64,000 bases of DNA from a bacterium (GCA_965216635.1 OZ244188.1:928001-992000); one strand, 5' to 3'; shown: positions 31,555 to 40,978, counted from the first letter of the stretch. Notes: a model not told the origin generated them from the letters alone. Numbers and translations are program-made.

Positions 31555-31661
31555 GTAGAGACGCTCTATACGAGCGTCTCATAAATTCAGAACTTTTATT
31601 AAAATAGTTTTTTTTGTGGTTTATGCACATCATATAAGACGCCCGTGTAGGGCGTCTCTAC
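31555..31661. repeat. Inverted pair of GTAG-type REP elements (REPIN/BIME-like)
   Basis: gtagagacgctctatacgagcgtctc and aagacgcccgtgtagggcgtctctac; each is GTAG + hairpin, in inverted orientation. Confidence 0.75.
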
Positions 31662-31700
31662 ATGTTATGCTTTGCAACATCCATTGTAGGTTTTTTTTTG

Positions 31701-33026
31701 TTAAAAGCGCCAAAGCAGGGAAATGCTGACGACTACGGGGGCTTTGATTTCGGCTTCTATCTTCTGCGCTGCTGGAGTTGTGACTTCTTGTATTTCCACA
31801 TCTCGGCTGCGGAATTGGGTTACTTCTATTCTTGAATCCCTCACACCTGTGCTATAGTTGAATCCGTATCTGGTGTTGTCAAATTCCACAAGGCCATCTC
31901 CTCCTCCAACCGTTGCTGAATCGCCTCTTTCAGTCTGTGTTTCGCTAAAAGTTCTGCCAGTGGGAATCGGAGCAGAAACTGTACGGCTTATAGAAATACC
32001 CGAGATATACTTCGTCAAGCTAATATTAAAGAATAGGTTGGGAGTTAAGTTCTCCTTATAGCCTACCGTTAACACGGGACTAGTAGCCGAAGCGCTAGTA
32101 GAGCCATTGGTAAGCTTCATACTCGCTAGACCGCCTCCTGCAAAAAACTCCTCGTGAAAAAAATACTCCGCCATCACCACTGTATTGACGAGCTCGTTAG
32201 CTCCACCTTTGCCAGTGAAGTGAGTCAAGGAGGCTCTCCATTTTTCTCCTCGCCAGCCGACTTGCAGACCAACACCTTTGAGTGAGTCGCTCTCTGTGCT
32301 GGTGACGGGGGGTTTTGAAGGCGTATCTGGAGTCGCTATCTCATAGGCAGAAAAATTAATAGGGGTTCTTCCAGAGGAAAAGTATCTATAACAATGGGCT
32401 TTTTCTCTATCTAAATATCCTGAATGAAAGATTTCACCATCAGTATCAAAGCTAGTTACAGTAGCATCCCCAGAATCAATACTAGCTTCAGGTGGTTTTG
32501 CACCAAAATCAAAGGAATCAAGTCCGTTTGATTCAAAAGAGGCAAGTCCGTTTGATTCATTAAAAAATTCAAGTCCGTTTGATCCAAAAAAGGATTCTCC
32601 ATTTAAATCAACAGATGTTTCGCCTCTTTCACAGTTTGCTGATACTAAAGCTCTGATTACAGTTGATGTTGCTCCTGTTGGACCTCCAGGCCAGTAAGTA
32701 TTCCCACCGGTTGCGTCTATTCCAGTTTTGTCGTTTGAATATTTGATTCTATAGACAGTAGCAGAGCTTGTGCTAGTTTTTGTGGTATCTACTCCGAAAC
32801 CTTGTAGATAAACAATACCAGCAAAAAATCCCTGTTTTGTGCTAGCGCTGCTCTGTGCTTGCAGATTACCTACAAATAGCAAACTCAACAAAACCGCACC
32901 TAGCAATACAACGCCATTCCATTGGAATCCAGCCCGTTGGTTAGCCCGTTGAAAACCAGCCTGAGCTACTTTTGTCTCACAATTTTTAAGAGCGTTTTTT
33001 AACGCCATTTTTGATACTTCTTGCAT
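31701..33026 (-). CDS. Putative outer membrane beta-barrel protein with large inserted loops
   Basis: Signal peptide ending LQA; amphipathic strands (GVGLQVGW, FFAGGG, LTVGY); terminal SISLLWRF. Confidence 0.65.
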   Translation of the reverse strand: MQEVSKMALKNALKNCETKVAQAGFQRANQRAGFQWNGVVLLGAVLLSLLFVGNLQAQSSASTKQGFFAGIVYLQGFGVDTTKTSTSSATVYRIKYSNDKTGIDATGGNTYWPGGPTGATSTVIRALVSANCERGETSVDLNGESFFGSNGLEFFNESNGLASFESNGLDSFDFGAKPPEASIDSGDATVTSFDTDGEIFHSGYLDREKAHCYRYFSSGRTPINFSAYEIATPDTPSKPPVTSTESDSLKGVGLQVGWRGEKWRASLTHFTGKGGANELVNTVVMAEYFFHEEFFAGGGLASMKLTNGSTSASATSPVLTVGYKENLTPNLFFNISLTKYISGISISRTVSAPIPTGRTFSETQTERGDSATVGGGDGLVEFDNTRYGFNYSTGVRDSRIEVTQFRSRDVEIQEVTTPAAQKIEAEIKAPVVVSISLLWRF

Positions 33027-33069
33027 AATAATATTTAATAAAGATTAGAAGAGATTAAAATTAGAAATA

Positions 33070-33212
33070 TAACTGAAAAAAAATTAAAAGCAAACAAAAA
33101 AAACATAACTTTTTATCTTTTTTTAAAATTTTCCTAGTTTAGCCAAAATGTAACAGAAAAAAAATTTAAAAGCAAATAAAAAAAAAGAATTCTTTATTTT
33201 TTTTAAATTTAA
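33070..33212. repeat. Imperfect ~80 bp direct duplication upstream of the OMP gene
   Basis: taac(t/a)gaaaaaaaa(a)tt(t)aaaagcaaa(c/t)aaaaaaaa occurs twice. Confidence 0.55.
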
Positions 33213-33213
33213 A

Positions 33214-33284
33214 TAGCCTTTTGAATTTCGCTGATGCTTTAGATATCTCAGTTATCGGCAACTATTGGGGCTAGCCAAATGGTT
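33214..33284. mobile_element. Left-end fragment of the MITE
   Basis: tagccttttgaatttcgctgatgctt...actattggggctagccaaatggtt. Confidence 0.75.
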
Positions 33285-33357
33285 GGATAAACAAAAATGT
33301 CCCTTGCATAAATTTCAGTTTTTTTTGTTAAAAAATGAATTGGAAAGTTCCCAATTA

Positions 33358-33669
33358 TTAAATTTTTCCTTGGTTAAGTTTTTTAGAAAAAAGATTTCCT
33401 ACAACTGCGCCTAAAATAGCACTACAAATATTACTAGCTAACATTTTATTGATATTGAGATAAGAAGCAACAAAGGGAAATAATATTGAGATTGTAGAAA
33501 TACAAAATATAAAGATCACAAAGCAATAAATAAAAATACCTGCATTAGTTAAAAAAGTACTTTCTTTTCCTTTATTGTAATTTGCTGTCTTTTTAAGAAA
33601 ATTTTTATCGTAATCTTTAAGTTTTAGACCGATCTTATTTGATTTTTTTTTGAACTTAAAGATTTTCAT
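33358..33669 (-). CDS. Small two-TM protein, putative toxin partner of the Panacea antitoxin
   Basis: Overlaps the stop of the Panacea gene (ATGA); two hydrophobic helices. Confidence 0.5.
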   Translation of the reverse strand: MKIFKFKKKSNKIGLKLKDYDKNFLKKTANYNKGKESTFLTNAGIFIYCFVIFIFCISTISILFPFVASYLNINKMLASNICSAILGAVVGNLFSKKLNQGKI

Positions 33670-34181
33670 TGAATCGTTATCATTTCTTCCTTGAAATATT
33701 TTTTAATAGTATCTGTTCCAATATTAATATTCTTTTTTGTTTCATTATAAAACGAATCCCAAGGGCTACCTTTATCGTGAACTATCCCGATTAAATCAGT
33801 AAGAGATATTTCTCCATATTCTTCTTTTACTGCTTTTAATACTTGTAATGCGTCAGTATCTGTGCTTTCTATTTCTGGAAAAAATATTTCATTGGTTACA
33901 GGGTCTTGAATAGAGGACATCTCTTTCACTCCTCCATAACCATATTTTTTAAATTCGTGATAAATTGAAGGGATTACAGGACCAAACCTCCAAGCCTGTA
34001 TATCTTCATTAAACAATTTTCTACCATCAAGAGCAACTGCTACCCCAAAAGATAGATAAACTAATTTGTTCAATCTTATATTATCTACATATCTTAGGTT
34101 ATCAATAAAATAGTTTGCAAGATGTGTTGCAGTATAGATTGGTCTGTTTTTAACTACGCTGTCATCTTTTTTAGTTTTCAT
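33666..34181 (-). CDS. Panacea (DUF4065/SocA/GepA) domain antitoxin
   Basis: ANYFI..LNKLVY..IQAWRFGPVIP..H...PW. Confidence 0.85.
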   Translation of the reverse strand: MKTKKDDSVVKNRPIYTATHLANYFIDNLRYVDNIRLNKLVYLSFGVAVALDGRKLFNEDIQAWRFGPVIPSIYHEFKKYGYGGVKEMSSIQDPVTNEIFFPEIESTDTDALQVLKAVKEEYGEISLTDLIGIVHDKGSPWDSFYNETKKNINIGTDTIKKYFKEEMITIQ

Positions 34182-34264
34182 TTTTCTATCTCGTTAATTA
34201 TTTGTAAGTTAAGTCTTTTATTTTTAACAGATTGTTATAAATTGTCAACCCTGTAAAAATAATA

Positions 34265-34346
34265 TAGACCTTTGAATTTGTTTTTTGTCTTTAAAGTGTA
34301 TAATTACTATTAATAATACTTGTTTTTTGTCTTTAAATCTATAATT
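34265..34346 (+). promoter_or_regulatory. Solo MITE end followed by a duplicated ttgttttttgtctttaaa..tataat motif; putative der promoter(s)
   Basis: tagacctttgaatttg at 34265; two direct repeats, each followed by TATAAT. Confidence 0.45.
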
Positions 34347-34369
34347 CCCAATAAAAAACCAAAATTTTT

Positions 34370-35725
34370 ATGAAAATAGCTAGTTTTTGTATTTTAGGCA
34401 GGCCTAATGTAGGTAAATCTACCTTTTTTAATTGTCTTAGCAGAAAAAAAACTATTACCAAAGACGAGGCTGGGGTAACTAGAGATTGCAATAAAACCCT
34501 GGTGGAGTATCAAGATTATTTTTTCTTTTTGGTTGATACTGGCGGGCTGGTGCTGGAAACACAAACTTCTATGCAGCTGAAAATCAAAAAACAAATTGAT
34601 AAAATTCTAGTAGAAAGCGATGCTATTTTTTTTCTTGTGGATGCTAGGGAAGGATGGCACTTTGAAGATCAAAAAATACTCTCTTTTCTTCGCAAAACAA
34701 ACAAAAAATACTTCTTACTCATCAACAAAATAGATACTCCCAAACAAGAAAATTTAATAGCGCAATTTTATGCTACTGGAATCAAAGATCTTTACCCTAT
34801 TTCTGCAGAACACAATCTTGGGATAGGGGATTTTTTTGAAAATTTATCAAAAAAATTCACAATACAAATCCCTCCTGTAAAAATACGCTCAGATGAATTA
34901 GTCGTCAGTATTATGGGAAAAACCAATGTTGGTAAATCTTCTTTAATCAATCTATGGCTGGGCGAAGAAAAAATGATTGTGGAAGATAAAGCTCATACTA
35001 CTAGAAATTCTGTGAGTTTTGAATTAATCCATAAAAATAAAAACATGCTGCTAATGGATACCGCTGGCATCGCCAAAAAAAATAAAATCGCTGGTCAAAA
35101 CAAAGGGCAATCGCTAGAAAGATTGACTGTGGTTTCTGCCTTGCAAACTTTGAAGTGGGCTAAGGTTGTGGTTTTGGTTGTGGATGCGAGTTCGCAAATT
35201 AGCGAACAAGATTTAAAATTAGCAGCACTTGTTTTAAGTAAAAATAAATCTCTTATATTAGTATTGAATAAACAGGATTTAATAGAAAAAACTTTTTTTC
35301 TAGGAGAAAAAAAAATGAAAAAATCAGAGATGGAGCACAAAATCGGAAGCTATATTCAAAAATCTTATCCTTATCTGGATTTTTGTCCTCTGATTTTTAG
35401 TAGTGCTAAAACTAAAAAAAATGTTTTTTCTATCTTAGATAAAGCGATCGGGGTGGCTTATGATAGAGATAAAAAAATACCTACCGCAAGTTTGAACCAG
35501 ATTGTAGAAAGAATACAAACTAGAAATATTGCTCCTGCGCGTTTGAAAAAAAGATTGAAAATTTTTTACGCTACTCAAATTAAATGGGGACCTCCCATTT
35601 TTTGTTTTTTCGTGAACGATAAAAAATTACTTACTGCGAGTTATGAAAGATTTGTGCTCCATCAGTTTAGGCATTATTTTGGGTTTGAGGGGACTTCTAT
35701 TAGGTTTTTTTGGAAAAATAAATAA
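34370..35725 (+). CDS. der: Ribosome biogenesis GTPase Der
   Basis: Two G domains (GRPNVGKST, GKTNVGKSS) and a KH-like C-terminus. Confidence 0.95.
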   Translation: MKIASFCILGRPNVGKSTFFNCLSRKKTITKDEAGVTRDCNKTLVEYQDYFFFLVDTGGLVLETQTSMQLKIKKQIDKILVESDAIFFLVDAREGWHFEDQKILSFLRKTNKKYFLLINKIDTPKQENLIAQFYATGIKDLYPISAEHNLGIGDFFENLSKKFTIQIPPVKIRSDELVVSIMGKTNVGKSSLINLWLGEEKMIVEDKAHTTRNSVSFELIHKNKNMLLMDTAGIAKKNKIAGQNKGQSLERLTVVSALQTLKWAKVVVLVVDASSQISEQDLKLAALVLSKNKSLILVLNKQDLIEKTFFLGEKKMKKSEMEHKIGSYIQKSYPYLDFCPLIFSSAKTKKNVFSILDKAIGVAYDRDKKIPTASLNQIVERIQTRNIAPARLKKRLKIFYATQIKWGPPIFCFFVNDKKLLTASYERFVLHQFRHYFGFEGTSIRFFWKNK

Positions 35726-35779
35726 GTTTCTTAGGCATTCTATTGATCCAACTATTGGGGCTATACAACGTTAAAAGGT

Positions 35780-36226
35780 TTATTTTGGTTGTTGTTTTTT
35801 AGAATAAAAACCTTCTTTTTCTGCTTCTGTTTTTACAGATTGTTCCTTTTTTTGCCTAAGTTCTATAATATATTTTTCTATTTTCTTAAGCACTTTTGCA
35901 TTGTTTGCTATACCTTTTGCATTGCTTGCTATACCTTTTGCATTGTCTGCTATACCTTTTGCATTGTTTGCTATACCTTCTGCATTGTTTGCTATACCTT
36001 TTGCGTTGTTTGCTATACCTTTTGCATTGTCTTCTATAATCAGATTGATTTTAATCTGGTTGGTATTAATCTCAGTCTGGGTGCTTTGAAAATCGTTTTT
36101 ATTATCTACCCAATCAAAAACAACCCACACCCCACCAATAAGAAGACTTAAAAAAACTGTTATTCCTGTAAGGATTCCTACAACAATTCCTGCTTTTTGC
36201 AATTTTCCTGTTTTTATTTTTTCCAT
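35780..36226 (-). CDS. Array gene D: N-terminally anchored coiled-coil protein with 7 xNAKGIA-type heptads
   Basis: TM helix, 21 bp tandem repeats, shared promoter/RBS repeat upstream. Confidence 0.75.
   Translation of the reverse strand: MEKIKTGKLQKAGIVVGILTGITVFLSLLIGGVWVVFDWVDNKNDFQSTQTEINTNQIKINLIIEDNAKGIANNAKGIANNAEGIANNAKGIADNAKGIASNAKGIANNAKVLKKIEKYIIELRQKKEQSVKTEAEKEGFYSKKQQPK
35893..36035. repeat. 21 bp tandem repeat (ttttgcattgtttgctatacc), about 7 units
   Basis: Read directly from the sequence. Confidence 0.92.
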
Positions 36227-36304
36227 AATAACCTTTATTTTGTTATTCTTTAGTTATTGACTATAATTATACCAATTAAAAATAAATGTCAAGGTTTATT
36301 TTGG
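36227..36304 (-). promoter_or_regulatory. Array intergenic repeat 1 (78 bp) with TTGACA-N15-TATAAT (TGn extended -10) and an AAGG RBS
   Basis: Minus strand ccttgacatttatttttaattggtataattatagtcaataactaaagaataacaaaataaaggttattATG; near-identical four times. Confidence 0.75.
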
Positions 36305-36637
36305 TTATTGTTTTTTAGAATAAAAATCCTCTTTTTCTGCTTCTGTTTTTACAGATTGTTCCTTTTTTTGCCTAAGTTCTATAATATATTTTTCTATTTT
36401 CTTAAGCACTTTTGCATTGCTTGCTATACCTTTTGCATTATCTTCTATAATCAGATTGATTTTAATCTGGTTGGCATTAATCTCAGTCTGGGTGCTTTGA
36501 AAATCGTTTTTATTATCTACCCAATCAAAAACAACCCACACCCCACCAATAAGAAGACTTAAAAAAACTGTTATTCCTGTAAGGATTCCTACAACAATTC
36601 CTGTTTTTTGCAATTTTCCTGTTTTTATTTTTTCCAT
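36305..36637 (-). CDS. Array gene C: paralogue with 2 heptads
   Basis: Near-identical to gene D apart from repeat number. Confidence 0.75.
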   Translation of the reverse strand: MEKIKTGKLQKTGIVVGILTGITVFLSLLIGGVWVVFDWVDNKNDFQSTQTEINANQIKINLIIEDNAKGIASNAKVLKKIEKYIIELRQKKEQSVKTEAEKEDFYSKKQ

Positions 36638-36715
36638 AATAACCTTTATTTTGTTGTTCTTTAGTTATTGACTATAATTATACCAATTAAAAATAAATGT
36701 CAAGGTTTATTTTGG
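36638..36715 (-). promoter_or_regulatory. Array intergenic repeat 2
   Basis: Near-identical to 36227-36304. Confidence 0.75.
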
Positions 36716-37120
36716 TTATTGGCTATTAGAATAAAAATCTTCTTTTTCTGCTTCTGTTTTTACAGATTGTTCCTTTTTTTGCCTACGGACCTCTTTTGCG
36801 GCATTTAACGGGGGTTTTATGCCGTGTAATTTGTATAAAAAAGCTGTCCTATCTTTTATAGCCTTTGTCAATGCTCTAGTTTCCGCACTATCTTTTTCTA
36901 ATTTCTTAAACAATTTTGCGTTATCTTCAAGCCATTCTTTATTGTTTTTTACAATCAGATTAACATCAGTCTGGGTGCTTTGAAAATCGTTTTTATTATC
37001 TACCCAATCAAAAACAACCCACACCCCACCAATAAGAAGACTTAAAAAAACTGTTATTCCTGTAAGGATTCCTACAACAATTCCTGTTTTTTGCAATTTT
37101 CCTGTTTTTATTTTTTCCAT
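36716..37120 (-). CDS. Array gene B: same N-terminus as C/D, different central module
   Basis: Matches C up to FQSTQT, then a unique ~60 aa, then the shared RQKKEQSVKTEAEKEDFYS tail. Confidence 0.75.
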   Translation of the reverse strand: MEKIKTGKLQKTGIVVGILTGITVFLSLLIGGVWVVFDWVDNKNDFQSTQTDVNLIVKNNKEWLEDNAKLFKKLEKDSAETRALTKAIKDRTAFLYKLHGIKPPLNAAKEVRRQKKEQSVKTEAEKEDFYSNSQ

Positions 37121-37198
37121 AATAACCTTTATTTTGTTATTCTTTAGTTATTGACTATAATCATACCAATTAAAAATAAATGTCAAGGTTTATTTTGG
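37121..37198 (-). promoter_or_regulatory. Array intergenic repeat 3
   Basis: Near-identical to 36227-36304. Confidence 0.75.
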
Positions 37199-37516
37199 TT
37201 ATTGTTTTTTAGAATAAAAATCCTCTTTTTCTGCTTCTGTTTTCACAGATTGTTTCTTTTTTTGCCTAAGTTCTATAATATATTTTTCTATTTTCTTAAG
37301 CACTTTTGCATTGTCTGCTATACCTTTTGCATTGTTTGCTATACCTTTTGCATTGTCTGCTATAATCAGATTGATTTTAATCTGGTTGGTATTAATCTCA
37401 GTCTGCTCTTTTTCAAAATTTTTTCTATCATTAACCCAAAATCCAGCAAAAAAACCAATAGACAAAATTGCCATTATAACTGCTATCGCTCCAGCATTTT
37501 TTCCTAAAAAACCCAT
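37199..37516 (-). CDS. Array gene A: different N-terminal anchor, same coiled coil (3 heptads) and tail as C/D
   Basis: MGFLGKNAGAIAV... TM helix, then QTEINTNQIKINLII. Confidence 0.75.
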   Translation of the reverse strand: MGFLGKNAGAIAVIMAILSIGFFAGFWVNDRKNFEKEQTEINTNQIKINLIIADNAKGIANNAKGIADNAKVLKKIEKYIIELRQKKKQSVKTEAEKEDFYSKKQ

Positions 37517-37595
37517 AATAACCTTTATTTTGTTATTCTTTAGTTATTGACTATAATTATACCAATTAAAAATAAATGTCTAGGTTTATTTTGTT
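37517..37595 (-). promoter_or_regulatory. Array intergenic repeat 4 (first unit; -35 reads TAGACA)
   Basis: Near-identical to the other three. Confidence 0.7.
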
Positions 37596-37665
37596 TTATA
37601 TTTACTATTAAGGGTTTTTAAGTATACAATCCTTAAAATAAAAAGTAACCTCACTATCTAACATT

Positions 37666-38502
37666 ATGTATTTATCAGGAGAAACCTCACTTTTTGGCAT
37701 CATAGGCGAGCCTATTCAACATTCTTTTTCTCCAGCTATGCAGACGGTGGCTTTTCAAAAGTGTAACTGTAACGCAGTTTATCTTCCTTTTGCAGTAAAA
37801 AAAGAAAAGCTTGCTCAGGTTATACCTGCACTAGAAACTTTGAATGTGTCAGGCATCAATGTTACCGCTCCTTACAAGAATGCAATTATCCCTTATCTGA
37901 CGGAAATCAGCGAAGAGGCAAAAATATTACAATCTGTCAATACTGTGTATCGTGAAAAAGAAAAATGGATAGGTTGTAACACCGATGGAGTTGGTTTTAT
38001 CAAAGGGCTTACAGAAATAGATTTTTCACCTATTGGTAAATCCATTCAAGTTATAGGCGCTGGAGGATCTGCTCAGTCTATTATCTATAATCTAGCCAAA
38101 AATAAAGCTAAAAAAATATACATTTATAACCGTACCTATAATAAAGTTTTACAAATAATTCAAAATTATAGCGGATTATTTCCTAATGTAGAATTTGTAG
38201 GAGAAAACTGTAACCAAAATGTAGATTTGCTTGTTAATACAACATCTATTGGTGCGGATGGCTCCTCTATGTCAGTACCTTTGGAGTTGATTCAAAAAGC
38301 TAAAGTGGTCGTAGATATTATTTACCACTTGGAAACTCCTCTCTTAAAAAAAGCAAAACAGTTAGAAAAAATAACACTGGGAGGCTTGCCTATGCTTCTT
38401 TATCAAGGAGCTTTATCTTTTACAATATGGACAAAACACGAAGCTCCCTTGGAGGTTATGAGAAATTGTTTGCAACAGCTTATAGCGAGCCCTTCACCTT
38501 AG
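37666..38502 (+). CDS. aroE: Shikimate dehydrogenase
   Basis: HSFSP, NVTAPYK, SVNT, NTDG, GAGG, MLLYQG. Confidence 0.95.
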   Translation: MYLSGETSLFGIIGEPIQHSFSPAMQTVAFQKCNCNAVYLPFAVKKEKLAQVIPALETLNVSGINVTAPYKNAIIPYLTEISEEAKILQSVNTVYREKEKWIGCNTDGVGFIKGLTEIDFSPIGKSIQVIGAGGSAQSIIYNLAKNKAKKIYIYNRTYNKVLQIIQNYSGLFPNVEFVGENCNQNVDLLVNTTSIGADGSSMSVPLELIQKAKVVVDIIYHLETPLLKKAKQLEKITLGGLPMLLYQGALSFTIWTKHEAPLEVMRNCLQQLIASPSP

Positions 38503-38526
38503 CTAACGCCTATGCAAAGGTCTCAC

Positions 38527-38868
38527 TTAAAAAGAACTTTCTGGTTCCTGACTTTCTGCTCCCTTCTTGAATTTGCGGATAAGCCTACTAATTACACCTT
38601 TACGGCTTCTGCGGATAGGTTTTTTGATCTTGTTATAAGCTTTATTAATAGCTTTGTGAATACTTTCAAATCTGTCTTCTGTAGCTTGGTAGGTTTCTTT
38701 ACCTCCAGAAAGAAAAAGATGCACTACACTTTTGTGTTTGATTGTAGATAAATGTACTTTCAACTGAAAATTTTTATTAAATTTTTCTAGTCTAGCAAAT
38801 TTTTTATCAATATATCTTTTTAGAGCGGGTGTAAGCTCCATTTTTTTAGCAGAAATTTCTATTTTCAT
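38527..38868 (-). CDS. hpf: Ribosome hibernation promoting factor (HPF/RaiA family)
   Basis: MKIEISAKKMELTPALKRYIDKK..LEKF. Confidence 0.75.
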   Translation of the reverse strand: MKIEISAKKMELTPALKRYIDKKFARLEKFNKNFQLKVHLSTIKHKSVVHLFLSGGKETYQATEDRFESIHKAINKAYNKIKKPIRRSRKGVISRLIRKFKKGAESQEPESSF

Positions 38869-40664
38869 TTTCTTTTCTTTTTTTTGTTTTTTTGATTCTC
38901 TTTCATTTGTTTTTTAAACATTTGTACTTTTTTAGCGTGAGTGGAGGTTTTTGTTGGCACCTCTTGAGGTATTCCTACGCTAACTTTATTAATCACTCTT
39001 TGCTGAGCAATACTGATGATATTGCTCGTCAACCAATAAAGCACAAGGCTGGCTGGAAAATTTAAAAAGAAGAAAGTCATCATTACTGGTAGCCATTTTA
39101 GTATTTTTTGCTGCGTAGCATCCATAGTCGCTGAGGTGGGCGTTAGCTTTTGTTGTAAATACATAGAAAAACCCATTAATACGGGCAAAACATAGATAAA
39201 ATCTGATTGAGATAAATCGGTTATCCAAAAAATAAAAGGGCTATGTCTTAACTCTATCGCTGGAATCAAAGCGGAATAGAGTGCTATAAAAATAGGAATT
39301 TGTAAGATTAAGGGCAGACAGCCTCCCATGGGGTTGACCTTGTGTCTTTTATATACTTCCATCATTTCCTTATTGATTTTTTCTTTATTACCTTCGTGTT
39401 TTTTTCTTAGAGCTTGAATTTTTGGAGTAAGCAGGGAGAGTCTTCTCATAGATTTCATTCCTTTATAGGTCAGTGGAAATAAAATCAAACGCACCAGAAT
39501 TGTTAAAAAGATAATGGCTACTCCCCAGTTAGGAATAAATTTATAAAACCAACGCAAAGCAATTAGCATAGGTTGTCCTAGAAAATCAAAGGTTAAATCT
39601 AGGCTCTTCTCTAAATTTTTACTAAAAAGACTCATCTGCTTTTTTTCTTTGGGTCCTATAAATATTTCAAAAGAGTTCTGCCATCTTTCGTTGGGTAGCA
39701 GGCTGTTTTTTTCGGATTTCAACTCTAAAAAAGGCACTAAAACTTCCTTTCGGTTGAAAATAGATTTTTCTGTGTTGAGCTCTGCAACCCAGCCTTCTCT
39801 TTTTTTAATTACTTGAATAAAATAACTATCCATAACACCAGCCCAATCATAATTGACAAAATGGTTGTGTTTGGCAACATCGCCTCCGTCGTAAATTTTT
39901 AATTTGTTATCTCTAAAGATAACCGCCCGAGTGGGTCTTGCTTGATAGTGGCTTTCATTAGGTTCTGCTCCAGCTCCTACAATAAAACTAGGTTGTATGT
40001 TTAGAGATTTTTCGGAAGGGTTAAAGACATTGATGTCTATTTTTATTAGGTATGTATTAGGGTCAAATGAAACCATCTTTTCTATCAATAAACCCTCTAA
40101 ACTTGTAGCCTTAAATAAAAGGGTTTGTTTTTTTTTGAGATTGATCTGTTCTTGATTGGTTTCAAAAAATAAAGTCTCTTGTGGATGCAAGGAAAAGTTC
40201 CATGCGGATGATTTTTTTTGCCAAGGGTTATAAGTCATATCTATTTTTCTGTTGGGCTCGTACTCTTGTTTTATTGTTCGTCTCCCTAAAATAGTATTCC
40301 AGATAGTTTTTACAATGTTGATTCTTGGTTTAGAGCTAAAATCATAGTTTGGTAAAATAAAGGATATTAAAGCACCTCCGTCAGTAGAAATTTTTGCTTG
40401 GTAAAGGCGACTATTTATTTCTACAGTTTTTGCTTCTTTGATTGCTGCTGTTTGAAGAAGTATTTCGGTTTCTGATTTTTTTTCTACACTATTGGGTAAT
40501 GTTTCTGATTGGGGTTGGCTCGGTTCTACTGATGTAAATTTTTCTTGGGTGGCAGATTTCTGCTCTACTATTTGAGTTTTTTTATTCTGCGTAGGAAAAA
40601 TAAAGTAGTAACCAATAATGATTGTGGCAGATACAAGAAAAGCAATTAAAACATTTTTATCCAT
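38865..40664 (-). CDS. yidC: Membrane protein insertase YidC
   Basis: NWGVAII, NPMGGCLP, WITDLS, YWLTSN. Confidence 0.95.
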   Translation of the reverse strand: MDKNVLIAFLVSATIIIGYYFIFPTQNKKTQIVEQKSATQEKFTSVEPSQPQSETLPNSVEKKSETEILLQTAAIKEAKTVEINSRLYQAKISTDGGALISFILPNYDFSSKPRINIVKTIWNTILGRRTIKQEYEPNRKIDMTYNPWQKKSSAWNFSLHPQETLFFETNQEQINLKKKQTLLFKATSLEGLLIEKMVSFDPNTYLIKIDINVFNPSEKSLNIQPSFIVGAGAEPNESHYQARPTRAVIFRDNKLKIYDGGDVAKHNHFVNYDWAGVMDSYFIQVIKKREGWVAELNTEKSIFNRKEVLVPFLELKSEKNSLLPNERWQNSFEIFIGPKEKKQMSLFSKNLEKSLDLTFDFLGQPMLIALRWFYKFIPNWGVAIIFLTILVRLILFPLTYKGMKSMRRLSLLTPKIQALRKKHEGNKEKINKEMMEVYKRHKVNPMGGCLPLILQIPIFIALYSALIPAIELRHSPFIFWITDLSQSDFIYVLPVLMGFSMYLQQKLTPTSATMDATQQKILKWLPVMMTFFFLNFPASLVLYWLTSNIISIAQQRVINKVSVGIPQEVPTKTSTHAKKVQMFKKQMKENQKNKKKKRK

Positions 40665-40702
40665 TTTTTTTTGTAATGATTAAGATTAGCAATCTTTTAA
40701 AA

Positions 40703-40978
40703 CTAGTTGCGTTTTTTTTGTCTGAGACTGTCTGTTTTTCTCGGTAGAGGGTCAAAACCTCCTTTACTGAGAGCATTGCAACGCAAAATTCGTAAAATTG
40801 CATAAAAAATACCGTAAAAACCATAACTTTTTATCGCTTGCAGACTGTATTGGGAACAGGAAGGATAAAACCTACAGCTAGGCTGAAAAAAAGGAGAGAT
40901 TGATTTTTGATAAAGATAAATCAAAAAAATCACAGGAAATAAAAGTATTTTTTCTGATTTTTTAAAGATGTTTTTCAT
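40703..40978 (-). CDS. yidD: Membrane protein insertion efficiency factor YidD
   Basis: [20 protein letters not shown]. Confidence 0.93.
   Translation of the reverse strand: MKNIFKKSEKILLFPVIFLIYLYQKSISPFFQPSCRFYPSCSQYSLQAIKSYGFYGIFYAILRILRCNALSKGGFDPLPRKTDSLRQKKRN

Noticed and set aside
35780..37516. Diversity-generating retroelement TR/VR
   Set aside because: No reverse transcriptase in the window, and the differences are module swaps and repeat counts rather than adenine-specific substitutions.
35789..37550. Plus-strand ORFs with CIVCYTF/AIPFALF repeats
   Set aside because: Antisense shadows of the 21 bp repeat; the promoter and RBS are on the minus strand.
35749..37595. CRISPR array or integron cassette array
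   Set aside because: The repeats are 78 bp promoter-like leaders and the intervening sequences are paralogous ORFs. There are no attC-type ends, cas genes or integrase.
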